NCBI GenBank assembly: GCA_964424335.1
Contig: CAYRIY010000008.1
Location: 1 to 61,577, forward strand
Length of the DNA stretch: 61,577 nt
Origin: an uncultured Clostridia bacterium
GTDB taxonomy: Bacteria > Bacillota > Limnochordia > DTU080 > RSA5
Direction of reading: 5' to 3'
This document shows, piece by piece, positions 61,572 to 61,577 of this stretch. How positions within the stretch are numbered: position 1 is the stretch's first letter; each line of letters begins with the position of its first letter. Position numbers and translations under genes: made by a program. The notes under the pieces are model-generated. The model worked only from the letters and a program-made list of their open reading frames with translations, ran no database searches and was not told the DNA's origin.

Positions 61572-61577
61572 ACTCCT

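Overview
A 61.6-kb core-genome segment from a GC-rich, probably spore-forming Bacillota (Firmicutes) bacterium. The Firmicutes assignment rests on cggR, T-boxes, glnR and cdaA-cdaR-glmM, and sporulation is inferred from cwlD; a Limnochordia-like origin is only a guess. Almost all genes are on the minus strand. In transcription order (right to left): a Ski2/HelY-type helicase, yjjX, 5-formyl-THF cyclo-ligase, a YprB-like exonuclease, an rsmC-like methyltransferase and a CwlD-GerMN fusion; an ARG-box-controlled argCJBD-carB-argGH operon lacking carA and argF; two tandem T-box riboswitches, both reading GCC (Ala), ahead of a LysN/ARO8-type aminotransferase, a divergent prs and a flavodoxin-like gene; a Leu (CUC) T-box ahead of ilvB-ilvN-ilvC-class V aminotransferase-serA-leuA-cimA; cdaA-cdaR-glmM-nnr-alr; an orphan glnR; hemA-hemX-hemC; an alpha-glucan module (DOMON-like protein, GT4, NDP-sugar pyrophosphorylase, GH57 branching enzyme, DUF4912, GH15); PHP-rapZ-yvcK-whiA; [20 protein letters not shown]; secG; and the 5' part of hppA. 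I saw no mobile elements, CRISPR arrays, tRNA or rRNA genes. The best leads are the tandem Ala T-box operon, the GlgABC-independent alpha-glucan module with a long inverted repeat between its divergent arms, a yjjX gene with no canonical in-frame start (AUU start or a 1-nt indel), and the CwlD-GerMN fusion. All calls come from reading motifs by eye; no database searches were run, and start positions were chosen from RBS context.
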